The notes: generated by a model not told the origin, from the letters alone. Shown: positions 46,794 through 57,471, numbered from the stretch's first letter. The stretch: 64,000 nucleotides of DNA from Candidatus Heimdallarchaeota archaeon (GCA_030603365.1 JAUVXV010000007.1:64001-128000), one strand, 5' to 3'. Numbers and translations are program-made.

Positions 46794-48296
46794 TTAGCTC
46801 AAATTTTCTAGTATTAAGTCATCAATTTTACTTCTAGATGATGTATCTTTTCCGTTAAAAATCTCTTGAGCAATTTTACTTATCTCATCCTCTATTGATT
46901 TGCTAAACTTAGGAATTTTGATATTCGCCATTATACGTTGCGTATAAGAGATTCTATGTCCCCTTCTTGCTCCAGCAGATAAGTAATAATCTCTAAAGAA
47001 GTGACTATTAAGATACCCGAGCAAAAAGAAAGGATCCTTCTTCTGTGGAACAATAGTTAGAACATCACCTGAAGGGAACAGTGGTTTCGATATCAAACTA
47101 AACCTATTAGAAGTACTTCTATCTAAATTAGGGACGAAAATTTTGGGATCGTCTTTAAAGGTTTTAAGTTTCTCATAATTTCTGAGAGCCTGCCAATGGA
47201 ACCATTTCTTATTTTCAGGTAAATATCTTACACTCATACTCTCTTTATAATCAGCAATTTTCAAGTAAATTTGTGGACACTTCTCTTTAAGTTCCTTTTC
47301 AGTTAGAATCTTTTTGTCTAAAAGGACATATTCTGTATAACCTTCTGTCCAAAAACCTTTACAATTTCTAGCCTTGATACAATTTAATAGTAAATTCTTC
47401 TCTGTATTGTTTAAAGTCTTCTTGAAATCTTCAGATACAGTATAAGCCTTCTCAAACCCAGAAACTAAACCTACACCAATCCAAGCAACATTTTTAAGAA
47501 AATAATACTCTTTTAGAATTTTTTCTGGATAGGTGGTCCAAATCACGTTTTCTTCGGAAAACATATCATGCTCATGATAATCAAAATAGGAACTACTCTC
47601 GCTAGTTTCCAATGTTTTTAATGCTTCAGATTTTATTTTCTTTGCATTTAAATTACGATTTTTAATTCTTAAAATTCTTATTTGTGGATGGACTTTCTGC
47701 TGGGTTTTCACAAATTTAAAGATGATTGTTTCAGGATTTTCTCCCTCAAATAACCTAGATTCATCTAAATCAATTATAATCTCAATATATCCATTTTGTT
47801 TTATTTTGTCTCTGACCACTTTTGCATATGTATTGAAGAAGAAACCATATGGAACGATGTAAATTAGCTCTCCACCAGTTTTTAAAAGATCAATGGATTT
47901 CATGATAAAGGCGTAATAGATGTCAGACTCTTTGTTTCCAACAATATCTGCAACTTTTATTTTCATCTGTTTTGGTAAAGAGTTGAAGTGGCAATACGGA
48001 GGATTACCTATAATAATATCGTATTTTGAGTTTGTTATCCACTCGAGATAATCTAAGTTGTGGATATTCAGATTTGGAAATTTACTCTTTGTATAGTTAC
48101 ATAGATCATCATCCAACTCAATTCCTGAGATATTAGTGAAACCTACTTTTTTTAGCATCTCGATAAATATACCTTTACCTGAACCAGAATCTAGAATAGA
48201 AATTCTATCATTTGATTTCTTATTATCGCTAATTGAACCTATCATTAAGTTTACGATGGGTTCAGGGGTTTCAACAAAAGCTATAGGTCCAACCAT
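46794..48296 (-). CDS. N6-adenine DNA methyltransferase, gamma class (TaqI/Eco57I-like) with TRD
   Basis: Motif I ILDSGSGKGIF, motif IV IIGNPPY, DIYYAFI, LLK.GG.L.YIVP, C-terminal LLGYLNS. Confidence 0.88.
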   Translation of the reverse strand: MVGPIAFVETPEPIVNLMIGSISDNKKSNDRISILDSGSGKGIFIEMLKKVGFTNISGIELDDDLCNYTKSKFPNLNIHNLDYLEWITNSKYDIIIGNPPYCHFNSLPKQMKIKVADIVGNKESDIYYAFIMKSIDLLKTGGELIYIVPYGFFFNTYAKVVRDKIKQNGYIEIIIDLDESRLFEGENPETIIFKFVKTQQKVHPQIRILRIKNRNLNAKKIKSEALKTLETSESSSYFDYHEHDMFSEENVIWTTYPEKILKEYYFLKNVAWIGVGLVSGFEKAYTVSEDFKKTLNNTEKNLLLNCIKARNCKGFWTEGYTEYVLLDKKILTEKELKEKCPQIYLKIADYKESMSVRYLPENKKWFHWQALRNYEKLKTFKDDPKIFVPNLDRSTSNRFSLISKPLFPSGDVLTIVPQKKDPFFLLGYLNSHFFRDYYLSAGARRGHRISYTQRIMANIKIPKFSKSIEDEISKIAQEIFNGKDTSSRSKIDDLILENLS

Positions 48297-48355
48297 TGTC
48301 TAAGTACACTAAATGAAAAATATGTGTTCAACATATAAATTCTTGCTAGAAATCA

Positions 48356-50365
48356 TCAAAGATCTACTTGTTCTAAAAGGTCCTCGATTTTACTTGGAAC
48401 TGTTGAGACAAACTTAGTAACAACGGGAGGTATTTCTTTGATTCTATTTGCTAATGTCATTGACCACATTCTAATGTCCGAGCTTACTTCTGATGCAATA
48501 ACTGCTACTAAACCATTTTTAATCGCTTGTAATGTTATACAGAAATCTTCGTAGTTTACATCTTTCAGTCGTCCTATCTCATCCCCTTCTAGGATACTTT
48601 CAGCGAATTGTGTAATTGCCATCAAAAGTCCAGAGAGTAGTAGATCATTAGCTTTGAGTTTGTCTTTTAATTTGGAATAAATTGGTATTCCGCTGTCAGA
48701 GATTATTAACAATCCTAAAACCTCAACAGTTTTCTGCTTTGCCTGTGTAAGTTTAAGTGATAGAAGTGATTTAAATTGTGGTAGAATGAACTCGATAATA
48801 TTCTGACTTTGAATATCAAGTTGCCCTGTTTTGATTGCCTTGTTAATGCTTTCCTCAATAACATCAATATCATTCATTAAATCAAAAATATCAATATCTT
48901 TACTCAATTCACGAGCTTTCTCTAAATCTCTTTTTGAATCTTCATAATCCCCCGTTAATAAGCAAAGCACTGAACAAATCATTAAACTTGTAGCTAAGAT
49001 TTGTTTATGATTATTTTCTACAGCTAGTTGTCTAACTGTATCTATATACGACATGGCCAGATTAAGTGATTCTTTTTTCTCAAGTAAACGATAATACCAC
49101 AAATGAGCTATTGCAAGCTGTATATTGCAGAATAGAATCAATTCCATATCTTTTGTGTGTTTAGACTGTTCAAGAGATGATTCGAGATAAGCGAGAGCAT
49201 TGGATAGATTATGATTTAACATTTCGTAAAATCCTCTCAGATAATCAACACGAGCATTAATCGATGGAGTTTCTAATTCTTTGGCTAACCCTCTTAACTC
49301 CCTGAGATATTTCATAGCAGTTTTCAGATTCTCTACTCGTAAATAATAGTGAATAAGTTCATACATGATGAAAGCTTTGTGCATCGATTTTTCTTGTTTC
49401 TGAATTTCATAGGCATGTAAGAAAGACTCTTCAGCTCTTTGATCACCTAGAAGATAATAGATATTGCCAATTTCTGTCAAATATAGATATGGCCATTTTC
49501 CAGTTGATTCTTTATAGAGGGCTATTGCTCTCTCCATCATTTCTTTAGCTTTTTGTATTTGACCTAAAACAAGATGAACTTCAGCTAAATTTCCTATTGC
49601 AATTGATAATCTATAATCGTCTTTAAAATCCTCATGAAGAATTATCAATTTCTCAAAACTTTCCATTGCTTCAATATTATCTCCAATGAAGCTGTTTTTT
49701 CCTCCTTTAACATTTAAATAGCTGGTTTGTACTTTATAGAAATTGTATTTTTCTACAAAAGGTTCTATAAAATTAAACATTTCCTCAAAATTCACCTCAA
49801 CTCCCGAATGAAGATACCACCAGAGAGAATTCATATATGCTTCTTGCAATCCAAACTGTTCGACTAAATTATCAGTTTTTTGTATTCGTTTTTTCACATA
49901 CAAATGGATTTCTTTAATTTTGGCTATATCTCCTTGTTGACCATACATCCAGGAGCTTATCTCTGCTATATTCGCTTTCATTTCTTCTGAATATTCTGGG
50001 TGTTTTTCGAGCTTTTTAATGTTTGATTTCAGATTCTCGAATGATTCCTGATAATTTGTAGGGTTCTCCTCAAAATAAGTGATAAAAGCATCTATGTAAG
50101 GATGTTCTACCTTCTTTAGGAGATTTATGAAATCATCATCAGCTTTCATTTTTTGAGTAAGATAACAGCTGAAAGATGCTATTTCTAATTTATCTCCTTC
50201 GCTGTATTTATCAGGCTTCTCTAAAACTTCCTGTAATGCAATTGCTGCACCTTTTCTTATTCTTTCATTTGGATTTTTATCTTGTTGATCTTCAATCAAC
50301 TCCTTTAACATCATTTGAAGTGGATAAGAGAATCTGTTAACAAAAAACTCAAGAAATTCTTGCAT
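48356..50365 (-). CDS. TPR protein with C-terminal longin/roadblock-like domain
   Basis: TPR units (IGNLAEVHLVLGQIQKA); C-terminal LLIISDSGIPIYS...LLSGLLMAITQFAESIL. Confidence 0.8.
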   Translation of the reverse strand: MQEFLEFFVNRFSYPLQMMLKELIEDQQDKNPNERIRKGAAIALQEVLEKPDKYSEGDKLEIASFSCYLTQKMKADDDFINLLKKVEHPYIDAFITYFEENPTNYQESFENLKSNIKKLEKHPEYSEEMKANIAEISSWMYGQQGDIAKIKEIHLYVKKRIQKTDNLVEQFGLQEAYMNSLWWYLHSGVEVNFEEMFNFIEPFVEKYNFYKVQTSYLNVKGGKNSFIGDNIEAMESFEKLIILHEDFKDDYRLSIAIGNLAEVHLVLGQIQKAKEMMERAIALYKESTGKWPYLYLTEIGNIYYLLGDQRAEESFLHAYEIQKQEKSMHKAFIMYELIHYYLRVENLKTAMKYLRELRGLAKELETPSINARVDYLRGFYEMLNHNLSNALAYLESSLEQSKHTKDMELILFCNIQLAIAHLWYYRLLEKKESLNLAMSYIDTVRQLAVENNHKQILATSLMICSVLCLLTGDYEDSKRDLEKARELSKDIDIFDLMNDIDVIEESINKAIKTGQLDIQSQNIIEFILPQFKSLLSLKLTQAKQKTVEVLGLLIISDSGIPIYSKLKDKLKANDLLLSGLLMAITQFAESILEGDEIGRLKDVNYEDFCITLQAIKNGLVAVIASEVSSDIRMWSMTLANRIKEIPPVVTKFVSTVPSKIEDLLEQVDL

Positions 50366-50522
50366 AGAGAGATATTTTTATTGTTTTCATATAAATCTTA
50401 AGATTCTCCAAGTATAGAAGTCTCCTAGATTAGATTTTGTTTATTGTTGAAATTTGGTAGAAGAAAAAGGATTTAAATTAAAGCATAAAAAGCAGAATAA
50501 TAAGATTAACTGAGGAATTATT

Positions 50523-51569
50523 ATGTCAGTCGAGGATCACAGAAAAATAGCTAAGGAAAAAATGAGGGGGAAATGTGGAGTCTTTTCTATGTGTGATGGT
50601 GCTCCAAACAAAATTTGTCAAGGGAACAGTTATGGAAAACCTATTGGTTTTGGAGGGGTTGGATCAGGAGCTAGTTTTGTAAATAATGTTCAAGCATTAA
50701 AGAAATTAAATCTTAAGATGCGAGAAATTGGTGAGAATTATACACCTGACACCAAATATGATTTCTTTGGACACGAATTAACTATGCCAATAATGGGGGC
50801 TTCAATAACAGGTGTTAATTCTTTTGGTGGAGATAATGCTATAACTGAACCTGATTTTTGCAAAGCAACTGTTCTTGGAGCTAAAGAGGCTGGTACTATT
50901 GGTTGGAGAGGAGATACATACACTTATACTTTTGACTTCATGCCTTGCTATGATGCTATTTGTAATCACGCTGATGGGTGGGGAGTAAAGATTTCCAAAC
51001 CAAGAGATCAAGAAGTTCTGAAGAAGGTTTTCAAGATGTATGAAGAGGGAAATGCTATCGCTGTAGGAACCGATGTTGATGGCTGTGGAAGTACAATTAT
51101 GGCAGCTAACAATAAACCAGTTTTTCGCAAATCTCCTGAAGATATTAAAGAATTGGTAAATTACACCAAATTACCTGTAATAATAAAAGGAATTATGTCA
51201 GTTGAGGATGCAGTTGCTGCAACAGAAGCTGGTGCTAAAGCAATAGTGATTTCAAATCATGGTGGAAGAGTTTTAGATCATACACCAGGAACAGCTGATG
51301 TTCTTTTCCCAATAGTAGACGAATTAAAAGGTAAGGTTCGAATAATAATTGATGGTGGAATTAGGACTGGGTATGATGTTCTCAAAATGCTGGCAATTGG
51401 AGCTGAATCTGTTCTTATTGGTAGGGACATTGTGAGAGCAGCTGTTGGTGGCGGAACAGAAGGTGTAAATGTCTACTTTGAGTTCTTACAAAAAACACTT
51501 GTTAAAGCTATGTGGATGACAGGAGTAGCTACATTGGAAGACATTACACGTGATGTTATTTATAAGTAA
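50523..51569 (+). CDS. FMN-dependent alpha-hydroxy-acid oxidase/dehydrogenase family
   Basis: LPVIIKGI, ISNHGGR, DGGIRTG.DV.K.LA.GA..V.IGR. Confidence 0.9.
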   Translation: MSVEDHRKIAKEKMRGKCGVFSMCDGAPNKICQGNSYGKPIGFGGVGSGASFVNNVQALKKLNLKMREIGENYTPDTKYDFFGHELTMPIMGASITGVNSFGGDNAITEPDFCKATVLGAKEAGTIGWRGDTYTYTFDFMPCYDAICNHADGWGVKISKPRDQEVLKKVFKMYEEGNAIAVGTDVDGCGSTIMAANNKPVFRKSPEDIKELVNYTKLPVIIKGIMSVEDAVAATEAGAKAIVISNHGGRVLDHTPGTADVLFPIVDELKGKVRIIIDGGIRTGYDVLKMLAIGAESVLIGRDIVRAAVGGGTEGVNVYFEFLQKTLVKAMWMTGVATLEDITRDVIYK

Positions 51570-51576
51570 ATACTAT

Positions 51577-52659
51577 CTATTTAGATAGTAATTTTTTCAC
51601 TTTTTGAATTGATATTGCTTCTGATTTATTTTCATCTCGTCCTATAACAGTTTCAGCCGTTAATAAAGAGTTTAAAATTGATTCTTCAGTGGTTTCAACA
51701 ACAGCTCTTAGAAGATTTTTGAATAGTTTGGTTCTTTCATTAACAATTTTCAACTCAATTAATTCTTGCTTATTGTCATGATCAATAGTATTACTTGTTG
51801 AAAAAGCTATAACCACATCTCCTGAACCATGAGATCCAAAACTTCCAGTTCTAGAAATACCAAGAGGGGCTCGTTTAGCTAATCTGAGAAGTTGTCTTGA
51901 ATTTAGAGGTGCATCAGTAGCAATTATAATCATTATTGAACCTTTTACTCTCTCTTCTTCAATGTCATCTATTTCATCGAATTTATGACCCAAAATGCTT
52001 AGGTCATTCTTTCCCCCGAAGTTAGACAACACTAATGTACCTAAATGATAAGAAAGATTTCCTTCTTCAATCATTCTAGAAGAACTCCCAATTCCAGCTT
52101 TAAAGCCAAGAGCCGACATTCCTGTTCCAGCTCCTACTGATCCTTCTTCAAAAATCTCATTAGCATTTTCTATTGCTTCAAACACATGTTGTTGCTTGAC
52201 ATGCCTACCTTGAATATCGTTTAATTTTCCATCATGACATTCTCCCACAACAGTATTGATTGTAGTTGTTGATATACCAATATCCGGATTTTCTTTGAGG
52301 TGAAAATCAATTAGGGCATCAGCAACTTTCGGAACATTGAGAGTATTTGTTAAGGCAATGAAGGATTCTATACTTCCAAGCTCCTGAACTTGAACAAGAC
52401 CTATAGTTTTTCCGTATCCGTTGAAAACATATGAGCTCGCCCTTACTTTTTCTCTGTAAACATTTCCTGAATGTGGTTTGATGATAGTTACACCAGTTCG
52501 GATGGGTCCTTGTCCAGGAATGAGTTTACCTTCTCCCTCCGTAATAGTACAATGGCCCACCTTCAATCCAGGAACATCTGTAATAAGATTAAGTTTCCCA
52601 GTAGGTAAAATTCCTACTTGTAACCCTAAATCTCTCAATCTGCACCTTTTATCGCTCAT
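51577..52659 (-). CDS. dmpA: DmpA-like aminopeptidase (peptidase S58/P1)
   Basis: N.ITDVPG.KVGH, NGYGK..G, GSVGAGTGM, autocleavage site GSIMII.ATDAPL, SGD...AFST. Confidence 0.88.
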   Translation of the reverse strand: MSDKRCRLRDLGLQVGILPTGKLNLITDVPGLKVGHCTITEGEGKLIPGQGPIRTGVTIIKPHSGNVYREKVRASSYVFNGYGKTIGLVQVQELGSIESFIALTNTLNVPKVADALIDFHLKENPDIGISTTTINTVVGECHDGKLNDIQGRHVKQQHVFEAIENANEIFEEGSVGAGTGMSALGFKAGIGSSSRMIEEGNLSYHLGTLVLSNFGGKNDLSILGHKFDEIDDIEEERVKGSIMIIIATDAPLNSRQLLRLAKRAPLGISRTGSFGSHGSGDVVIAFSTSNTIDHDNKQELIELKIVNERTKLFKNLLRAVVETTEESILNSLLTAETVIGRDENKSEAISIQKVKKLLSK

Positions 52660-52705
52660 GATAAACAAGAAGAAAGGATCAAACAGTATTATATTTTTTT
52701 GGTTA

Positions 52706-54424
52706 TCAAGTATAATGAAATGTTTCTAAAACCAATCTTTCGTAAATTTCATCATACATAGCTACTATGGTCTCTTTAGCTATATCCTTTGAGAATTTTC
52801 GTGACACTCTATCTTCAGGCTTTCTTTTCTTCCAGATGTTAGAAATGAGTAAGTAGAAAAGTTTTGAAAAATAGTACAAACTTAAAGGAAGAGCTAGTAT
52901 AACTTTGAACAGAAAAAGAAAAATCTTCAAGATCATATTGAGTGATTCTTTAGCCTCGGCTTTTGCAGTTTCATCTAATTCTTCATGAGGTTCGTCGGCT
53001 AATAATAGTGAATTCAACCCTTTCTGAATCTCTATAAATTTTGAGCCGAGATAATTTCCTGATCTTTTGGTCCAGTTTCGTGAAAACATTAACTTGAATC
53101 TATTTACAATATGTTTACCATATGAGTAAAAAATCAGCGCAAACTCAACAAAGGGGACGATGAAACCATAAGAAACATTTCTAAGTTTAATTGCCATTCT
53201 CTTGAAAAACTTGTCCTTACCAAAATGATCTAGAATAAATCGATTGCCTCCTAAGGCTATTGAAAATGCTAACTGATTATATTCTAAATCGCTTATAGGC
53301 ATATCATATCTTTCTTCTACTTTGATAATACCCTTTAAGGCTCCATTAAGTAAGATAGAATTGAAAAACGGTTTGGATACAAACTCATCCTTTAGCTTGT
53401 CTGTAACAAAAACTAAGGTATCTTTTGCTTCCTTATAACTCATAGAATTTTCTTGTGCAAAAGCAGCTAATCCAGGTTCTTTTCTCCAAGGAAGAAGATG
53501 AGTTTCTTTTTGCCATAATAAGAGTGAAAAAACTCTAGAAAGAGAATCTTCAACTTTGTCCATATCGAGTCTGTCTTCGGTATCTGAAGATAGAAATTCC
53601 TCAAAAAGCTTCTTGGATTTTTCAGGTAGTGAAAAAGTTGAAACACTAAGGATATTTGTAAAACGTTTCTGAAGATTTTTTAGATCTCCAACTAAATCTA
53701 CTTTGAACTCCTCAAAAGTGGATGCATCCACAGGTGGTGCCTCAAAAAAGGAGAAACTTGCTTTTGAAGCTAAATAGGGTAGTGAAAAAAGATTTTCAAT
53801 TCTTTGATAGAATGACCCCCAACTATATGCTCCAAGTCTGATCATCCTTAAACTCGCATGATGGAATATAGAATAGATAGGACCAAAAATGGTTGCTACA
53901 AAGGATAACATACCCATTACAGTAGAGCAAACAACCCCAATAGCTGTTATTACCAACCAATGATACTGCTCAGGTACATCTGCTAAATAGGTTGTTTCTA
54001 TATATTCTAGCAAAACTTCAAAACTAGCAGTTTGGCTCTGAATAAGAAGAATAGATGCACCAATAATAACAAATATTATCAGAAGATGATCATATGTTTC
54101 TCCGACTCCACGTTGGATGGGATAAGCTTTGTTGATTCTATCTTCTTTCATAACGATTTCTTCAATTTCTTCCTCAATCTTCACCATTTCTATTTTCTCA
54201 TGACTAGAAAAAAGATTAGATGCATAAAGAAGATAACGTCGCCAAAGATTTAGGATGGGAACTAGTTCTCTCAAACCTCTAGGTATAATTAATTCATAAA
54301 TGAAAAAGAGAAATTTAGCAAATATGACCACAAAATAGAGCAAAACTCCAGATATCCATAGAAAAGGAGTTAATACAGTAGTGAGAATCTTGCTGAAACT
54401 TTTTTTCATTTGTACAAGTATCAA
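52706..54424 (-). CDS. Hypothetical multi-pass membrane protein
   Basis: 572-aa ORF with several hydrophobic segments separated by soluble regions. Confidence 0.65.
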   Translation of the reverse strand: MILVQMKKSFSKILTTVLTPFLWISGVLLYFVVIFAKFLFFIYELIIPRGLRELVPILNLWRRYLLYASNLFSSHEKIEMVKIEEEIEEIVMKEDRINKAYPIQRGVGETYDHLLIIFVIIGASILLIQSQTASFEVLLEYIETTYLADVPEQYHWLVITAIGVVCSTVMGMLSFVATIFGPIYSIFHHASLRMIRLGAYSWGSFYQRIENLFSLPYLASKASFSFFEAPPVDASTFEEFKVDLVGDLKNLQKRFTNILSVSTFSLPEKSKKLFEEFLSSDTEDRLDMDKVEDSLSRVFSLLLWQKETHLLPWRKEPGLAAFAQENSMSYKEAKDTLVFVTDKLKDEFVSKPFFNSILLNGALKGIIKVEERYDMPISDLEYNQLAFSIALGGNRFILDHFGKDKFFKRMAIKLRNVSYGFIVPFVEFALIFYSYGKHIVNRFKLMFSRNWTKRSGNYLGSKFIEIQKGLNSLLLADEPHEELDETAKAEAKESLNMILKIFLFLFKVILALPLSLYYFSKLFYLLISNIWKKRKPEDRVSRKFSKDIAKETIVAMYDEIYERLVLETFHYT

Positions 54425-54481
54425 TAATACTCATTGTGTTTTTAATTTTGTGATACTCTGAATGAAAAGGAAAAAGAGAAT

Positions 54482-55489
54482 TTAGTATTTAATTCTCGGA
54501 TCGATAAACACATACGTGATATCCGTAAGTAACCGCGCTACAAGGAAGAGGAATGGAAATATCGTATTCGTTGCCATCATCATAGGGTAGTCACGAAATA
54601 GTGCTCCTTCAAGGAAATAAGTTCCTAATCCTGGCCATCCAAAAACACTTTCAATCATTACTGAACCTGCTAGTAATCCTGGTAATGAATTTCCTACTAT
54701 GGTTACTATTGGTAATAATCCATTTCTGAATGCATGTTTGTAAATTACTCCTCTATTTGTAACTCCTTTCGCTTTCGCTGTCGTAATATAATCTTGTCTC
54801 AAAATCTCCAGTAGTTGTGATCTAATCAATCTAGCCATGAACACAAGATGACCTAAAGTTAGCGCTAGAGTTGGTAGTATTAGATATTTGTAGAAAGCCG
54901 GATTCAATAGAAGAGGTGTTATAAATGCGTCTTTATTTGTTACTCCTGTAAAATTAAATAATTGAAATGATACATACATTAGCAATTTTGCTATCCAGAA
55001 TAAAGGCATAGAATATCCCAGAAGCATTGCTACTGTTAAAGATCTATCCCAGAACGAATTTCTTCTTGTTGCTGATACTACACCTATAGCAGTTGACAGA
55101 ACTAGTGATAGCACAAATGAGATTATGTTTAGTATTAGCGTGTACGGCGCATGATCCGCTATTATTTTCGCGATAGGTATCCCTTGTCCCGCTTGCGTAT
55201 TATACCAGCTGTTTCCGAAATCGAAATGCAGTAAATCATTTACATAATCTAGATATCTTGTGAACCATGGTACTGTATAAAGATCAGCATTTAGCAGTCC
55301 CATTTCTATTGCTTCTCTGTTATATGCCGTGTTATAACACGTTGTGGATTCACAATGTATCAATCCAATTCTTACTACAACTGGATCTCCTGGACTTGCA
55401 TTGATTAAAGTAAAGTTCATCAAAGTTATTCCCAACATAACTGGAACAATATACAATACTCTTCTAACTATAAAACCTCTTAATGACAA
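54482..55489 (-). CDS. dppB: ABC peptide/nickel transporter permease (DppB/OppB family)
   Basis: PGDP, DFG.S, LILP..AL, EAA-like loop QDYITTAKAKG, ESVFGWPGLG, RDYP, DPRI. Confidence 0.9.
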   Translation of the reverse strand: MSLRGFIVRRVLYIVPVMLGITLMNFTLINASPGDPVVVRIGLIHCESTTCYNTAYNREAIEMGLLNADLYTVPWFTRYLDYVNDLLHFDFGNSWYNTQAGQGIPIAKIIADHAPYTLILNIISFVLSLVLSTAIGVVSATRRNSFWDRSLTVAMLLGYSMPLFWIAKLLMYVSFQLFNFTGVTNKDAFITPLLLNPAFYKYLILPTLALTLGHLVFMARLIRSQLLEILRQDYITTAKAKGVTNRGVIYKHAFRNGLLPIVTIVGNSLPGLLAGSVMIESVFGWPGLGTYFLEGALFRDYPMMMATNTIFPFLFLVARLLTDITYVFIDPRIKY

Positions 55490-55513
55490 ACCATCACTCT
55501 TACCTTTCTATGC

Positions 55514-55595
55514 TACAGAATTTCTGTACCTTTATGTTTCTTTCTATGCGTAGAAACCACTTTTTAAAAAGTAACTTCAATGAATAATTATTCAT
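55514..55595. promoter_or_regulatory. Run of palindromes in a divergent promoter, including perfect 16-bp ATGAATAATTATTCAT
   Basis: TACAGAA-t-TTCTGTA 55514-55528; TTTCTA-tgcg-TAGAAA 55541-55556; ACTTTTTAAAAAGT 55559-55572; ATGAATAATTATTCAT 55580-55595, just upstream of the DUF134 gene. Confidence 0.6.
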
Positions 55596-55632
55596 ACCTA
55601 AAGACTTATTAAATCAATTAGATAATCATATT

Positions 55633-55932
55633 TTGATGGTTCAACAAAGGAAAGTCCCACGAAATTGTATTAATTATGAAGGCCATATTTTCAAACCAGT
55701 ATCTATTCCCTTGAAAGATTTGGAACAGATTAAACTCACTAAGGAAGAGATTACAGCACTTCATTATGCTGATTTCAGTGGTTTTAAACAGCAGGAAGCA
55801 GCTCAAAAGATGGGTATTTCTCAAGCATCATTCAGTAGAGATCTTGCTTCTGCTCATCAAAAAGTTGCTAGTGCTTTTTTTGAGATTAAAGCGATACTGT
55901 TTGAAGAACCATCTGATAAAGAAGGTGTATAA
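55633..55932 (+). CDS. DUF134 family HTH protein
   Basis: FKP..IP...LE...L..EE..AL...D..G..Q.EAA.KMGISQ..F.R.L.SA..KVA.A. Confidence 0.88.
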   Translation: MMVQQRKVPRNCINYEGHIFKPVSIPLKDLEQIKLTKEEITALHYADFSGFKQQEAAQKMGISQASFSRDLASAHQKVASAFFEIKAILFEEPSDKEGV

Positions 55933-55933
55933 A

Positions 55934-56263
55934 ATGAAAATAGCAATTCCAAGTTCTTCTCAAGAAGAAGACGCTAAGATGTATGAACGATTCGGTAGAT
56001 GTAATTTTTTCTGTATTTTTAATTCAGAAAATGATACTTTTGATTTTGTGAGTAATCCAGCAATAAATGCACGTGGAGGTGCAGGATTTCAAGCAGTTGA
56101 ATTTCTCATTAATAATGAAGTTAACACTGTTATTGTACCTCGACTAGGACCAAACGCAGAAGGTGTTTTAAGACGAGCCAACATAGAAATTTTTCAAGGT
56201 GAGAATATTACTATAAAAGAGCTTGTTGAAAAGTGGAAGAACAATGCACTTTCGAAAATTTAG
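55934..56263 (+). CDS. NifB/NifX-like (FeMo-cofactor biosynthesis fold) protein
   Basis: MKIAIP..., RFGRC.FF, NPA....GGAG, GPNA. Real start ATG 55934. Confidence 0.88.
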   Translation: MKIAIPSSSQEEDAKMYERFGRCNFFCIFNSENDTFDFVSNPAINARGGAGFQAVEFLINNEVNTVIVPRLGPNAEGVLRRANIEIFQGENITIKELVEKWKNNALSKI

Positions 56264-56271
56264 GTGATTAA

Positions 56272-56619
56272 ATGAAATATGCAATACCATTAGATACAAA
56301 ACAAGATATGGATTCAGTAGTTGGACAACATTTTGGACATGTTCCATACTTTGGAATATGGGATGATGAAACAGAGAATCTTGAGATCATTGAAAACAGA
56401 AGTGATCACAAAGGCGGAAGAGGTTTGCCTATGGAATTTCTTGCTGACAAATGCGATGGAGTTCTCCTTAAAGGAGCTGGAGCTAGAGCAGTAATGCTGG
56501 GTAATCAGCTAGGTTTAAGAATATTCATGGGAGCAAATGGAACTTTGAAAGAAACAATATCTCGTTTCAAAGCAGGAAGTTTGCATGAAGCTACTAAGGA
56601 TGATGGATGTCAACACTGA
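56272..56619 (+). CDS. NifB/NifX-like protein
   Basis: MKYAIP, HFGH.PYF, G.G.RA, terminal CQH. Confidence 0.85.
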   Translation: MKYAIPLDTKQDMDSVVGQHFGHVPYFGIWDDETENLEIIENRSDHKGGRGLPMEFLADKCDGVLLKGAGARAVMLGNQLGLRIFMGANGTLKETISRFKAGSLHEATKDDGCQH

Positions 56620-56634
56620 TATGAAGGCTGAAAA

Positions 56635-57471
56635 ATGAAGGTCGCCATAGTATCAGGTAAAGGTGGAACTGGAAAAACTACAGTTGCTGTAAGTATAGCT
56701 CTAAGCCATAAAAAGGTACATCTTCTCGATGCCGATGTAGATGAACCTAATTGTTCTCTTTTCTTAAACATGAGTACTGAAGTGGTTGGAGTAGCAAAAA
56801 TTCCTATTCCTGTAATAGATAAAAACAAATGTACATTATGTGGTATTTGTAGCTCCAATTGTGAGTATAACGCACTAATGAAACTACCTGGAGAAATATT
56901 AGTACATGACAAAATGTGCCATGGATGTGGTTTATGTACCTATATTTGTCCTGAAGAAGCAATAACTGAATTACCAAGAGAGATTGGCAAAATCTATGAA
57001 GCTTCTAATGATAATCTACTTTTTCACTTTGGTGAAATAATTGTTGGAGAAGAGCTCTCTACTCCCGTAATAGGTAATTTGATGAAATATATATCACCAT
57101 CCAAGAGTCTGGTTATAGTAGATTCTCCTCCAGGATCAGCATGTCCAATGGTAGAAGTAGTCATAGATTCAGATTTTGTTATTGTGGTAAGTGAACCAAC
57201 TCCTTTTGGTTTGTCTGACATGAAAATTGTAATAGACACATTAAGAGTACTTGATAAGAAATTTGGAGTTGTAATTAACAAAGATGGTGTTGGAGATGAT
57301 GAGTTAGAAAGATTCTGCGAATCAGAACAAATACCTATACTCATGAAAATACCTTTCGATTTAAAAATTGCAAGAAACTACTCAAAGGGTATTCCTCTAG
57401 TTCAAGCTTTTCCCGAATATACTCAGTCTTTCCAAAATATGATAGGAAAAATCAAGGAGATAGTACAATGA
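56635..57471 (+). CDS. MinD-superfamily P-loop ATPase with inserted 2x[4Fe-4S] domain
   Basis: SGKGGTGKTT, DADVDEPN, CTLCGIC...C, CHGCGLC...CP, DSPPG..CP, EPTPFG. Confidence 0.9.
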   Translation: MKVAIVSGKGGTGKTTVAVSIALSHKKVHLLDADVDEPNCSLFLNMSTEVVGVAKIPIPVIDKNKCTLCGICSSNCEYNALMKLPGEILVHDKMCHGCGLCTYICPEEAITELPREIGKIYEASNDNLLFHFGEIIVGEELSTPVIGNLMKYISPSKSLVIVDSPPGSACPMVEVVIDSDFVIVVSEPTPFGLSDMKIVIDTLRVLDKKFGVVINKDGVGDDELERFCESEQIPILMKIPFDLKIARNYSKGIPLVQAFPEYTQSFQNMIGKIKEIVQ

